A DNA stretch of 32,485 nt. Source: Candidatus Thorarchaeota archaeon (GTDB lineage: Archaea > Asgardarchaeota > Thorarchaeia > Thorarchaeales > Thorarchaeaceae). The notes below the pieces were generated by a model. That model was not told the DNA's origin. It made no database searches and worked only from the letters and a program-made list of their open reading frames with translations. The DNA is taken from positions 1-32,485 of the forward strand of contig JAWAQK010000023.1 of assembly GCA_038893995.1 (NCBI GenBank), read 5' to 3'. The translations under genes and the position numbers were made by a program. This document shows, piece after piece, positions 8,774 to 18,621 of this stretch (position 1 is the first letter of the stretch; every line of letters starts with the position of its first letter).

Positions 8774-10015
8774 ATGAGAGTACTGCACATATGTGACAGC
8801 CTTAATCCTGCCGGTCTCGGGGGTTACGAATCGTATCTCTACTATCTTTCGTCAGCCATGAAGAAGAGGGGTCATGAGTCGTTCATCGTGACTCAGGCCT
8901 CAAATGAGAGCGGGCATACATCAGGAATGCATGGTGAAGCCAGACTCTTGCTTCTCAGAGGAAATGGCCTTGAAGTGCGCAAGTGGAAGTACCTTGCAGC
9001 TCCTCCGCATGAGAGAGAGGTGCTTGCGAAACAGATCTTTTCTGATGACGATCTCGAACAGAATGTAAGAATCCTTGTTCGTGAACTGTCAGACGTGATC
9101 TCACACTTGAGACCGTCTGTGATACACGCCCATAGTACCTACGTGGTCTTCAACCGCGTCCTCGAGAGAATGAGAGAGAGCGGCAACATTGGCCGAACAC
9201 CCATGCTCCTCACCGTGCACGGACTGCCAAAACCATTGGTCCTGCCAGGAGGTGTGGAAACAACCGACTACGAGCAACTCGCCATGCACATGCCCTTTGA
9301 TTCAGTACTTGCAGTCAGCAACTGTGTCTGTGACGCACTGAAACATCAGCTGGAGCGTGAGACTCCTGTTCCTGAAACGATGTATCTTGGTGTAGATCTG
9401 GACACATTCAAGCCTACGCTGGGGACCAAGAATTGGTCAGTAGCATTCATGGGGCGTCTGGAATTCATGAAATCAGTGGACCTCCTACCAGACATTTTCG
9501 AGGAACTCACTCAGTCAATGGAGAGCGTCCGCTTCGCGATAAGTGGGGATGGCTCGCTCAGGACGGAACTACTCAGAGAACTTGAGAATAGAAAACTATC
9601 ATCAAAGGTTGATTACTTAGGAGTCGTCCCCTGGGATGAGGTTCCCCGAGTTCTGAATCAGACCAGAGTCTTTCTCTATCCATCTCGGAGGGAGCCATTC
9701 GGCCTCTCAATAGTCGAGGCGATGGCCTGCGGAGTCACAGTCGTCACAAGCAATGCATTTGGGCCAGCAGAAATAGTCACATCCATGTCAGATGGGATTT
9801 CCGTAGAGCCAGAAGTCGAGGGTATTGTTTCGGCAGTAGAGAGGTTGCTGGAGAATGACGACCTATATGCACGGATATCTTGCAATGCCAGGAGGACGGT
9901 AGAAGATAGGTTCTCATTGAACACTCATGTAGACAGTCTACTAGAGATATACACAGAAACGGTCGAAACACGAAAGTCGGAGGGCAATGAAGAGAATACT
10001 GATAGGCGCCTATGA
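8774..10015 (+). CDS. Glycosyltransferase family 4 (GT-B)
   Basis: MRVLHI, GG.E, VIHAH, FMGRL...K, PSRREPFGLSIVEAMACG. Confidence 0.92.
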   Translation: MRVLHICDSLNPAGLGGYESYLYYLSSAMKKRGHESFIVTQASNESGHTSGMHGEARLLLLRGNGLEVRKWKYLAAPPHEREVLAKQIFSDDDLEQNVRILVRELSDVISHLRPSVIHAHSTYVVFNRVLERMRESGNIGRTPMLLTVHGLPKPLVLPGGVETTDYEQLAMHMPFDSVLAVSNCVCDALKHQLERETPVPETMYLGVDLDTFKPTLGTKNWSVAFMGRLEFMKSVDLLPDIFEELTQSMESVRFAISGDGSLRTELLRELENRKLSSKVDYLGVVPWDEVPRVLNQTRVFLYPSRREPFGLSIVEAMACGVTVVTSNAFGPAEIVTSMSDGISVEPEVEGIVSAVERLLENDDLYARISCNARRTVEDRFSLNTHVDSLLEIYTETVETRKSEGNEENTDRRL

Positions 10016-10048
10016 AATAGGGGAATCTCGTCCCCCTGCTAACTTGTG

Positions 10049-10696
10049 CTACAGCCTCTTCTTGCATAGGAACCAATCAATGCATTCATATCCCTGCGAC
10101 ATCCGCTTCTCAGCATCTGACGTCGTCTTGGGGGGAGGGACAATGACAGCATCGCCAGGCTTCCAGTTCGCTGGGGTAGCTACTCCGTGCTTGTCGGCGA
10201 CTTGGAACGCATCAATCATTCTCAGGATCTCGGACATGTTACGGCCTGTACTCAGCGGATAGTATAGTAGGCCTCTGAGCTTGAAGTTAGGATCAATGAA
10301 GAACACTGCCCTGACAGCTGCCGTACTGCTCTGCGCTGGATGGATCATGCCATACTTTCGAGCCACATTCATAGAGAGATCCTCTATAATTGGGAATGGG
10401 ATGTCCTTGTTCAACTTCTCCTTGATTGTCCGAATCCATGCAATATGAGAGTATATGCTGTCTATGCTTAGACCTATCAGTTTCACACCCCGTTTCTGAA
10501 GGTCATCGTAGATGTCTGCAAATCCAACGAATTCTGTGGTGCAGACCGGAGTGAAATCTGCGGGATGTGAGAACAATATGACCCAGCTGCCCTTTGCCCA
10601 TTCAGAGAACTTAATGGGACCATGTGTTGTGTTGGCCTCGAAATCAGGTACAGTTTCACCAATCAAAAGCATTCGGAATTCGTCCTGCTGTTCCAT
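10049..10696 (-). CDS. Peroxiredoxin, archaeal Prx6 type
   Basis: FSHPADFTPVCTTEF, AVRAVF, GRNMSEILR, TPANW, C-terminal CIDWFLC; ATG 10696 preceded by GGAGA. Confidence 0.95.
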   Translation of the reverse strand: MEQQDEFRMLLIGETVPDFEANTTHGPIKFSEWAKGSWVILFSHPADFTPVCTTEFVGFADIYDDLQKRGVKLIGLSIDSIYSHIAWIRTIKEKLNKDIPFPIIEDLSMNVARKYGMIHPAQSSTAAVRAVFFIDPNFKLRGLLYYPLSTGRNMSEILRMIDAFQVADKHGVATPANWKPGDAVIVPPPKTTSDAEKRMSQGYECIDWFLCKKRL

Positions 10697-11001
10697 TATA
10701 TTGCATCTCCTAATCAACCAGACTAGTACACGAACTGACCATCATGGGGACACGTCAGTTCAGTTGTTTGGCAGTGAATTCTGAACCAGATCAGTATTGT
10801 CATGGTTGCAAAGCTTTTGCCCCTGAGAACCGACGACTGCAGGGGTCTTGAACACTGGACCAAAGAGGCCCAGCATCTGGTGGTGTTGGGGGCACAAGCT
10901 ATCCTTCAGTATCTGTCCTAATCAGGGCCTCACTTGCATGTCCCTGCAACTGTGATGAGACATGAACAGTGTTCTAGACCGCAATCACACTCTCTAGTAG
11001 G

Positions 11002-11538
11002 TCATACTACGACAAAGGATTCTCTGCACATCGAGCAGGTAACTGTCTCGCCCTTGACGGCTATCCTCTTGAGTTCAGTCCTGCAATACGGACAGACAGA
11101 AATTGTCTTAGGTGCAGGTCCGGAACCAGTTCCCAGAATAAAATCGCCAGAGTCATGATCAATCCTTCCGGAGATCTCCCTGCCGTCAAGCAGATCGGCC
11201 AGAATCCTGCTGGCGACGTGAGTGGGAACTCCTGCGTCCTGTGCTATTCTCTCAAGGGGCATGCGTCTCATCCTTTCAATTGCCTTCCTGACGGCAGTCA
11301 CAGGATCAACAGCCACTTTCCTCTCTGGCAGACTAGACTTGGCCGCTCGAAATTCTGGCACCACTATCCCTTGGGTGGGCCGTATCTCTGCGGCAGAGAT
11401 GCCCATCTTCTCAAGACGTGCCTGGATCTCAGCAAGCCGTCTGTTATACTCGTTGGCGTCTACTAGTCCTCGCATGTAGTCGAGTTGCAGATCTCTTATC
11501 TCTGCGTTGATGTCACGGGTCTTGCTCTCATTGCTCAT
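11002..11538 (-). CDS. Hypothetical protein: SHOCT-like helices + PCI-like winged helix + C-terminal zinc ribbon
   Basis: YMRGLVDANEYNRR; MPLERIAQDAGVP...ILADLLDGREISGRIDHDSG; CPYC...CSMC. Start taken at ATG 11538. Confidence 0.65.
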   Translation of the reverse strand: MSNESKTRDINAEIRDLQLDYMRGLVDANEYNRRLAEIQARLEKMGISAAEIRPTQGIVVPEFRAAKSSLPERKVAVDPVTAVRKAIERMRRMPLERIAQDAGVPTHVASRILADLLDGREISGRIDHDSGDFILGTGSGPAPKTISVCPYCRTELKRIAVKGETVTCSMCRESFVVV

Positions 11539-11689
11539 TTGGAACAACCCCAGAGGCTCATGATTGTTTCTGAAAGGTGACATATAAGCAGTCTGTCGAA
11601 CGAACCAATCGTATCGTCCCAAAGACAGTCAGGACACACAACAGAAGTATCATATTGAGAGTTAGCCAAACATTTAGCCGGTCAGACTG

Positions 11690-12079
11690 ATGCACGAATA
11701 CTCCGCAGCCTGTTCGGTCGTTGAATCTGCAGTAGAAACAGCTAGAAAGCATGGCGCGCGACGGGTGACTGGTGTAAGTGTCGATGTTGGAGAATTCACA
11801 TTTCTGGTGCCAGAGCAACTCAGATTCAACTTCGAGATAGCAGCGAAGGACACAATCGTAGAGGGAGCTACTCTCAACATACGAGTGACCAAGGGGCGTC
11901 TACTGTGTAGAGAGTGTGGTTATGAGGGTGAAACTAGTACTGACTCAGCATTCCCTCCTACGATTGCTCCATTCATGCCCATGAAATGTGCGAGATGCAG
12001 CAGCAGTGCTACCACCATAGTGGGGGGAAGAGAATTCATCATAACGAGTATTGAGGCGGAAGTCCCGACCCAGCAGTAA
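11690..12079 (+). CDS. hypA: Hydrogenase maturation nickel metallochaperone HypA
   Basis: MHEYS N-terminus, VGEFTFLVPEQLRFNF, CREC...CARC, GGREF. Confidence 0.95.
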   Translation: MHEYSAACSVVESAVETARKHGARRVTGVSVDVGEFTFLVPEQLRFNFEIAAKDTIVEGATLNIRVTKGRLLCRECGYEGETSTDSAFPPTIAPFMPMKCARCSSSATTIVGGREFIITSIEAEVPTQQ

Positions 12080-12243
12080 CGGGGAGCGATCCCGAGTGAT
12101 AAGAGACATCTGTCCAACTATCCAATAGGCCATCGAAGAACCCCACTAGTATCGAGTTGGTAGTCAGGTTGGACAGAGTCTAGATGACGGCTCGATGTGT
12201 GAGTTAGAGATCACTGGATGAGCCCCATCATATGCTTCGTGAC

Positions 12244-12621
12244 CTATATCAGTACGGCGTTGAGGACGCCATCTTGTCCGGGACGGCTAGTGACCATTGC
12301 CCTACCCTTGGAGGTCTTGATGATGGTACCCTTAGTGATCACCTTTCTTCGCTGGTAGTCTACGTTTGCAGGATTCTTCTCAACGTCAAGGATCTCGACA
12401 CGAAAAGTCTGATTCTTCTTGGGGTCTGTCAGGTTGACAAACTTCACCTGTGTTGCTTGACATTTCTTGTGAACGCCCTTGCTATCTATACGTCTGGACT
12501 TGGGCTCACCAATAACCGTCTCAGTAGGCGTCCGACCCATCTCGTATTTCCTGTGGCTCCTAAACCGTCTTCTCTTTGCACCAGACGCTATTCGTCCCGA
12601 CAGACTATGCCAGACTGCCAT
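12244..12621 (-). CDS. rps8e: 30S ribosomal protein S8e
   Basis: RKYEMGR, NPAN.DYQRRKVITKGTII, VTSRPGQDGVLNAVLI. Confidence 0.97.
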   Translation of the reverse strand: MAVWHSLSGRIASGAKRRRFRSHRKYEMGRTPTETVIGEPKSRRIDSKGVHKKCQATQVKFVNLTDPKKNQTFRVEILDVEKNPANVDYQRRKVITKGTIIKTSKGRAMVTSRPGQDGVLNAVLI

Positions 12622-12666
12622 TATGAACCACCAGTTATTGACTCAGATGGCCACCGGTCATAGAGG

Positions 12667-12673
12667 TTTTAAA
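12667..12673. promoter_or_regulatory. TATA-box-like element (TTTTAAA) between divergent rps8e and hypE
   Basis: Only AT-rich box in the intergenic region, about 46 bp upstream of the rps8e start. Confidence 0.5.
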
Positions 12674-12753
12674 CATTGTCCACCGGGCACCGTATGCCTC
12701 GAGCATACCGTTAATCAGTGTCCTATCGTAGGGACTACTCCGGAGGACTTTCA

Positions 12754-13770
12754 GTGACTCGTATTGAAGCAGCTCATGGTGCAGGCGGGAAGCTGATGCA
12801 GAAACTCATCGAGAGCGTCATCATTCCCTGTTTCACTCTGAGAAAGGTTGGGCAGGTGGGTCTAGACGAGATGGACGATGGAGCCACGCTCTTTCTGAGT
12901 GGAACAAATCTGATCGTCACCAGCGATGCACACACAGTCCATCCATTGGTATTCCCCGGAGGAAACATAGGAACGTTAGCAGCCTGCGGCACGATCAATG
13001 ATCTAGCAGTAATGGGTGCGCGTCCCGTAGCATTGACCAATACAGTCATCCTCGAGGAGGGGTTTGAAATAGAACTTCTCCGTGAGTTTCTTCTCTCTAT
13101 GGACAGAGTTCTCGAGCCCTTGGGTGTAGCCATGATAGCTGGTGATACAAAGGTCATGCCCAAGGGGAAAATAGATGGCATGGTCATGTCAACAACTGGG
13201 ATTGGCCTAGTGTATTCGGGGGATCCAGTCACTGATAGTGGGGCACGTAGGGGGGACAATGTCATTGTGACGGGGCCGATAGGAGACCACGGGACTGCAT
13301 TGTTGGCTCACAGGGAGGGGCTCAAGTTCGAAACGGATATCGTGAGTGATGTGGCTCCGCTCTGGGGACCAATAAGGGACTGCCTGGATGTGGGGGGAAT
13401 ACACGCCATGAAGGATCCCACGCGGGGAGGTCTTGCAGTTGCCCTGAACGAGATCTCATCAAAATCCCGAGTTGGGATCGAGGTGGAAGAAGACCTGATT
13501 CCAGTGAGAGACTCGGTACGATCACTCTGTGAGGTCCTCGGTCTCGATCCACTTCACCTGAGCTGCGAGGGAACTGCAGTCATGGCAGTCGATCCGAGTC
13601 GCACTGACAGCGTCCTTAGTGCCCTTTCACGTCATGCACATACACGTGAGTCTAGAGTCATAGGAAGGATTGTCGAAGACACCTCGGGTCGGGTTGTGAT
13701 GAGAACAAGAATAGGGGGACGTAAGATTGTGCAGGTCCCCACTGGTGAACCAATTCCCAGGGTCTGCTAA
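12754..13770 (+). CDS. hypE: Hydrogenase maturation carbamoyl dehydratase HypE
   Basis: AHGAGG, DDGA, FPGGNIG.LA.CGTINDLAVMGA, GDTKV, MKDPTRGG, C-terminal PRVC; GTG 12754 preceded by GGAGG. Confidence 0.96.
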   Translation: MTRIEAAHGAGGKLMQKLIESVIIPCFTLRKVGQVGLDEMDDGATLFLSGTNLIVTSDAHTVHPLVFPGGNIGTLAACGTINDLAVMGARPVALTNTVILEEGFEIELLREFLLSMDRVLEPLGVAMIAGDTKVMPKGKIDGMVMSTTGIGLVYSGDPVTDSGARRGDNVIVTGPIGDHGTALLAHREGLKFETDIVSDVAPLWGPIRDCLDVGGIHAMKDPTRGGLAVALNEISSKSRVGIEVEEDLIPVRDSVRSLCEVLGLDPLHLSCEGTAVMAVDPSRTDSVLSALSRHAHTRESRVIGRIVEDTSGRVVMRTRIGGRKIVQVPTGEPIPRVC

Positions 13771-14315
13771 GGGAACGAGGCGTCAGGTTCATCCTCTTTC
13801 GTTTCTTCGAGCATCTGTCTCAGCTTGTGCTTGAGCTGGGCCTTGAGTCGTATCATGTCTGGGTCAAGACCGAAGTAGTCAGCGAAGAGCTGGGTCGTAG
13901 TCAGGACCTTACTTCTCTTCTCAGGTCGACTCTCAATGAACTTCTTCTCCTCTAGTTCTCTCACGTGCTCGTAAACATGTGTTCCACGAAGATCAACCAG
14001 GTCTGATTGAAGTATTGGCTGTTTGAGAGCAATGAACACGAGCGTCTGCAGTGTTGCGTAGGACAGTAGCCCGCCAGGAATGAGCTTGCTTACCCTCGGA
14101 GTAAGCTCAGCTCTTAGTTGCATGACGAATCGGTCCCTGGGAAGTTCGACGACCTCGAGGGCGCCCCCTCTCTGTTCGTAATCAAAGCTCAGTTCTCTCA
14201 ACAGCTTTAGCGTTGTAGACTCGGCTTTGTCAATGATGGCAGCGAGCTCTTGCAGTGATAGAGGTCTGCCCGCCGCGTATAGTGCGGCCTCCAGAGTCAC
14301 TAGATCATCATTCAT
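13767..14315 (-). CDS. scpB: SMC-Scp complex subunit ScpB (kite)
   Basis: LEAALYAAGRPLS, LS...LQTL..IA.KQPI, TTQLFADYFGL; ATGA overlap with scpA. Confidence 0.95.
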   Translation of the reverse strand: MNDDLVTLEAALYAAGRPLSLQELAAIIDKAESTTLKLLRELSFDYEQRGGALEVVELPRDRFVMQLRAELTPRVSKLIPGGLLSYATLQTLVFIALKQPILQSDLVDLRGTHVYEHVRELEEKKFIESRPEKRSKVLTTTQLFADYFGLDPDMIRLKAQLKHKLRQMLEETKEDEPDASFP

Positions 14316-15034
14316 GAGGTCTGATGTCCCACCATCTGTGAGGCCATTAGGCCAGGATCCTTCTCTGGTAGACGTGGAAGCAGCTTCAACCAGATCTTCC
14401 CCTCGTCGTCGGCCCAGAAATCTATTAGCCCTCTTGCATACAGGTGCAGGAGTGCAAAGAAGACACGAACGACTTCTTTCCTGCTATTGTTCACCAGGAT
14501 GTCAACAAACAGCACATCCTTGTCGACCTCAAGTATCCTCAGTAGGTCGGAGTAGACCTCCGAGATTGTTTCTTCAACATTGGCACGTTCGGGCTCAACC
14601 TTGAACTCAATGCTCTTCACAGTTGTTACAATCTTGCGACGAGACGGTATCTCTCTGTGACGAATTCCCTTCGATAGTACTTGGTCCATTGCCGCTAGAA
14701 GTTCATCGATGGTCACTCGGCGGTTTACTAGCCTGAATGGAGGACGAATCAGGGGTCGGAGCAGTTCCTCTGTGTCGTCAACCGGAGGTTCAGGTTTTAC
14801 GATACCCAGTTCTACAAGTTCCTTTGTCTTTCTCATGAATATCACTGAGGCAGAGTAGAGTGCACTCCCGGAAACCCTGAAATCGATACTCCCAAGACGT
14901 CGCATCTCAGCCAAGAAACTGGACACCAGCTTTCCCACGTCGACCTTCCATGGTTCGACCTTCTCCAGCTGAAGAACATCAGTGAGGAGAGTGTAGGGAG
15001 GATTGATCCAAAATGGATGACCCTCTGTGATCAT
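14312..15034 (-). CDS. scpA: Kleisin ScpA (segregation and condensation protein A)
   Basis: EPWKVDV, DFRVSG.AL..AS, RRVTIDELL, C-terminal winged helix VRVFFALLHL; ATGA overlap with smc. Confidence 0.92.
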   Translation of the reverse strand: MITEGHPFWINPPYTLLTDVLQLEKVEPWKVDVGKLVSSFLAEMRRLGSIDFRVSGSALYSASVIFMRKTKELVELGIVKPEPPVDDTEELLRPLIRPPFRLVNRRVTIDELLAAMDQVLSKGIRHREIPSRRKIVTTVKSIEFKVEPERANVEETISEVYSDLLRILEVDKDVLFVDILVNNSRKEVVRVFFALLHLYARGLIDFWADDEGKIWLKLLPRLPEKDPGLMASQMVGHQTS

Positions 15035-18000
15035 GTGGTGCCTGCCACCTCCTCAAGGTCGACAGGAACTATTCTTGAGATCCCGTCTTGATTTGAAACA
15101 CCCACCAAGAGGTCAGCCTTCCTTGCGGTGACGTCTCTCAGAGAGATGACTATGAACTGGGAGGACTTTGACATCTCGGATATCAGTTGTGCGACGTTGT
15201 GCGCATTGACATCATCCAGTGCGGCATCGATCTCATCAAAGACGTAGAAACTTGCAGGGCTATACATCTGGATCGCGAAGATCAGGGCGAGCCCGAGGAG
15301 TGCCTTTTCGCCCCCGCTCATTGACTCTAGCGTCACAAGTTCCTTGCCTCGTGGCTTCGAGTGGACAGTCACACCTCCCATGAGTGGGTGCTCAGGATTC
15401 TCGAGCATGAGCGTTGCTTCTCCACCGGGAGATAGCTTTGCAAAGACCTTCTTGAAGTTATCAGCGATCTCATTGTACACTTCCAAGAACTTGCGGGTCT
15501 TTTCACGCTCCAATTCGTCCATGAATGAGAGAATCTCTTTGCGCTCCTCCTCCAATTTCGCCTTCTTATCAACCAGCTCATCATACAGATTCCTCTCGGC
15601 ATCATAGTCTGTCAGTGCCTTCAGATTGACCGCGCCCATCGCGTCAAGTTCTCTCTCGAGCTCCTTGATCTTTGCCTCGAGGGTTTCTAGGTCCTTGTAG
15701 CTGGGCTCTTCCGCAGACCTACGTTGTGCTATTTCGGCTGCAGCATCCGACAGTGATGCGAGCTCAGCATTCCAACCAACAATATCTGACTCAAGCCGGG
15801 CTCGCTCAGTCTGGAGCCTGTAGACTGACCGCTCATTTCCCGTCTGAGCTTCTCGAAGTTCCTCATGATCAAATCGCAATGACTTCAAGGTTTCACGAAG
15901 CTGCATCTGTTTCAGGCGTCTGTCCTTGATTATCTCCTCGACCCGCTCTTTCTCCGCACGTAGACCTTCGAGTATTGATGATCTTTCATCCAGCTTTGCC
16001 TTCAGGACCTTGAGATCGTTCTCAAGACTGGCCAGGACTGTATCTGACGATTCTATCCTGAGCTTCAACTCGTTGGCCCTTGGTCCAATGCGTTCTTGAA
16101 GAGACGCTCTTAGGGAGGTCATCGTGTTGGCAAGCTGATCTCTTCTCCGCTTCTGATGAGATGCCACCTCTCGTAGGTCTTTGAGTTCTTGGTTGATCTT
16201 GATTGCAACCGATCCTGTAAGTGCCTCGTTGACTCGATCCCGTTCCAGGCTCGTCATCTCCCGCTGTGCGACTAGTTCCTGTTCTCTGAGCAAGAGCTTT
16301 TCAATGTGTGATTCGAGAGTCTGGATCTTGGTCTTGAGTTGTTGTATCTTCTCAGAAAAACTGTCCCTGCGACCAATGCGATCCCTAAGCCGCTCCTCCT
16401 CACCCTCCAACGATAGACGCGCCTTGTAGTTCCTCTTCGAGATCTCATCAAGTTCTTGCTGGACGACGCGCATACTGTCACGAAGGGACTTCTGTTTCTC
16501 TTTCAGATCGGAGAGAATGTGCTCGAGCCCACTCAGACGTTCGATTACCTCTGGGCTCTTGTCCTCGACCTGCAACGAGAGACCTGTTTTTCCCCTGTGA
16601 TAGTGACCACCAGTTATTAGTCCGGACTTCTCAACCAGGTCGCCCTCTAGAGAGACCGCTCGCCATCCCTTCATACCAACTCGCTTAGCGGTTTCGAAGT
16701 CTTCTGTAACGAGTGTGTCTGCGAATACGAACTCAAAGGCGGGTCGCATCTTCTCATCAAAACTGACCAGGTCCAGCGCGTAGCCTATGACCCGGTCATC
16801 GTCGGGTATGTTTCCGGATATCTTGGACCGGATCCTGTTCAGAGGAATGAATGACGCGCGCCCGACGCGTTCACGCTTCAGTATCTTTATGCACTGTTCG
16901 GCAGTATCTTCGTTGTCAACAACTATGTAGCTGAGTCGAGTTCCCCCGGCTATTTCCATCGCGACGGCGTACTCAGGATCAATCGTGCCAAGTTCAGAAA
17001 CAGTTCCATAGATCCCAGGCAGCTCGCCGCCATTCCTCATCTCCAGTACTCTTGCGACTGCCTTTTCTCTTCGCAGAAACGCCTCTTCGGCCTCTCTGAG
17101 AGCATCGTTTCTTGCTTGAATCCGGATGAGTTCCTCTCTTGTGCTGTCCACGAGACGTGACGACTCGGTCACTTGCGAGTCCACAAGCTCTAGTTTCTTG
17201 ACTAGCTGTTCCAGTTCCTCACGCTTAGAGGATTCTAGCGCTTCGTCCTCAGCTAGTTGAGATCTCCTTTCCGGTAGGAGCCGCATCAGATCCTGGATCT
17301 CGGCCTCAGCAGATCGGACTACATTCTCAGCATCCTGAAGTTCCTCGGATGCATACTTGAGTTCTCTCTGCTCAGACTTGATTGTCGATCTCACGTCAGA
17401 AATGGACTCATCAAGTGAGCGTAGTTCGTTGTTCAGATCGAGCATTCTTCGTTGTAGCTCATAGTAACTGTCCTGCTCTCTTTGAAGGGCTGCTTCTAGT
17501 CGTGATATCTCGCCATCACACTTTGATATCTCAACATCCAGATTGCCAAGCTCTATCTTCTTTTGCTCAATCTCCTCTGCAGTTCTCTGAGACTCATGCT
17601 CTACAGCATGCAGCTCATCGGTCAGAGCTTTCCTCTGACCCAGGGTACTCTCATACTGAGCCTCGAGCCTCCGTTTCTCCTCATCGAGATGACGCACCTC
17701 GGCAGAAAGAAGCCCGAACTGTTCAGAAACTCGTGTCACTTCGCCCCCAGTCATTCCATCCATCTCGGCATCAATTGCCTCGATCTCACGTTCAGTTTCG
17801 GCTATCTTTCGATCCAATGCCTCGATGTCATGTACAATCCTCTCGGCTTCCTGTGACCTCTCAGAGAGAGATTCATCGATCGCGCTGAGCCTGGCTTCGC
17901 CCTTTATGATGAACCAAGATAGGATGTCGACCTTGATAGATTGTATCTGGTTCCGAGTATCCTGGTAACGTTGTGCATCAGCACGGTCATGTTCCAGCTT

Positions 18001-18621
18001 CTCGAGTATGCGTCTTCTCTCTTGAATGTGAGCATCGACCCTCGACAGGTTCGCATCGCTCTCTGATAGCTTCTTGAGGGCCCTCTCTTTCTGCTCATCA
18101 TATGCAGAGATTCCGGCGATCTCTTCTATCAGCTTCCTTCTCTCTACTGGACTCATCTTGACCATCTGGGCAGTTTCGCCCTGTAGGACCAAATTGTAGC
18201 CATTTGGATCGACACCAATGTTGCCCAGAATATCCAATACCTGAATCCGGGTCACAGTTCTTCCGTTGATCCTACACACGGACTTACCCGTGTCATCCAG
18301 CTCTCTCTCGATGACTACTCGATCAGTATCGATTGGAAGCCTTCGATCGCGATTATCAAAGTGAATCTCGACGGTCGCAGACTTGGCCTTGGGGGGCATA
18401 TTTGGTTTGGGGGGAGAGTACAGCAGGTCAGAGAAGACATTTGCACGCAGGGTCTTTGCACTGAGTTGTCCAAGCACAAATAGTATCGCATCTACGACAT
18501 TTGATTTTCCTGAGCCATTTGGCCCAACTATGCATGTGAAACCGGGTTTCAGTCTGATGGTCACAGGATCGCGGCCGAACGACTTGAATCCCCTGCAGAC
18601 GATCTTCTCAATGTAGACCAA
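15031..18621 (-). CDS. smc: Chromosome segregation protein SMC
   Basis: GFKSF, Walker A GPNGSGKSN, Q-loop LQG, coiled coils, hinge (GIYGTVSEL, GRASFIPL, G...SG.ITGG), signature MSGGEK, Walker B VFDEIDAALD. Start taken at TTG 18621. Confidence 0.97.
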   Translation of the reverse strand: MVYIEKIVCRGFKSFGRDPVTIRLKPGFTCIVGPNGSGKSNVVDAILFVLGQLSAKTLRANVFSDLLYSPPKPNMPPKAKSATVEIHFDNRDRRLPIDTDRVVIERELDDTGKSVCRINGRTVTRIQVLDILGNIGVDPNGYNLVLQGETAQMVKMSPVERRKLIEEIAGISAYDEQKERALKKLSESDANLSRVDAHIQERRRILEKLEHDRADAQRYQDTRNQIQSIKVDILSWFIIKGEARLSAIDESLSERSQEAERIVHDIEALDRKIAETEREIEAIDAEMDGMTGGEVTRVSEQFGLLSAEVRHLDEEKRRLEAQYESTLGQRKALTDELHAVEHESQRTAEEIEQKKIELGNLDVEISKCDGEISRLEAALQREQDSYYELQRRMLDLNNELRSLDESISDVRSTIKSEQRELKYASEELQDAENVVRSAEAEIQDLMRLLPERRSQLAEDEALESSKREELEQLVKKLELVDSQVTESSRLVDSTREELIRIQARNDALREAEEAFLRREKAVARVLEMRNGGELPGIYGTVSELGTIDPEYAVAMEIAGGTRLSYIVVDNEDTAEQCIKILKRERVGRASFIPLNRIRSKISGNIPDDDRVIGYALDLVSFDEKMRPAFEFVFADTLVTEDFETAKRVGMKGWRAVSLEGDLVEKSGLITGGHYHRGKTGLSLQVEDKSPEVIERLSGLEHILSDLKEKQKSLRDSMRVVQQELDEISKRNYKARLSLEGEEERLRDRIGRRDSFSEKIQQLKTKIQTLESHIEKLLLREQELVAQREMTSLERDRVNEALTGSVAIKINQELKDLREVASHQKRRRDQLANTMTSLRASLQERIGPRANELKLRIESSDTVLASLENDLKVLKAKLDERSSILEGLRAEKERVEEIIKDRRLKQMQLRETLKSLRFDHEELREAQTGNERSVYRLQTERARLESDIVGWNAELASLSDAAAEIAQRRSAEEPSYKDLETLEAKIKELERELDAMGAVNLKALTDYDAERNLYDELVDKKAKLEEERKEILSFMDELEREKTRKFLEVYNEIADNFKKVFAKLSPGGEATLMLENPEHPLMGGVTVHSKPRGKELVTLESMSGGEKALLGLALIFAIQMYSPASFYVFDEIDAALDDVNAHNVAQLISEMSKSSQFIVISLRDVTARKADLLVGVSNQDGISRIVPVDLEEVAGTT

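Noticed and set aside
10049-10696. Possible selenocysteine peroxiredoxin with SECIS (known in some Asgard archaea)
   Set aside because: The active site is an ordinary Cys (PVCTTE) with no in-frame TGA; the nearby hairpin is upstream and has no clear SECIS core
15600-18100. Low-level periodicity within smc
   Set aside because: Explained by coiled-coil heptads, not a DNA repeat
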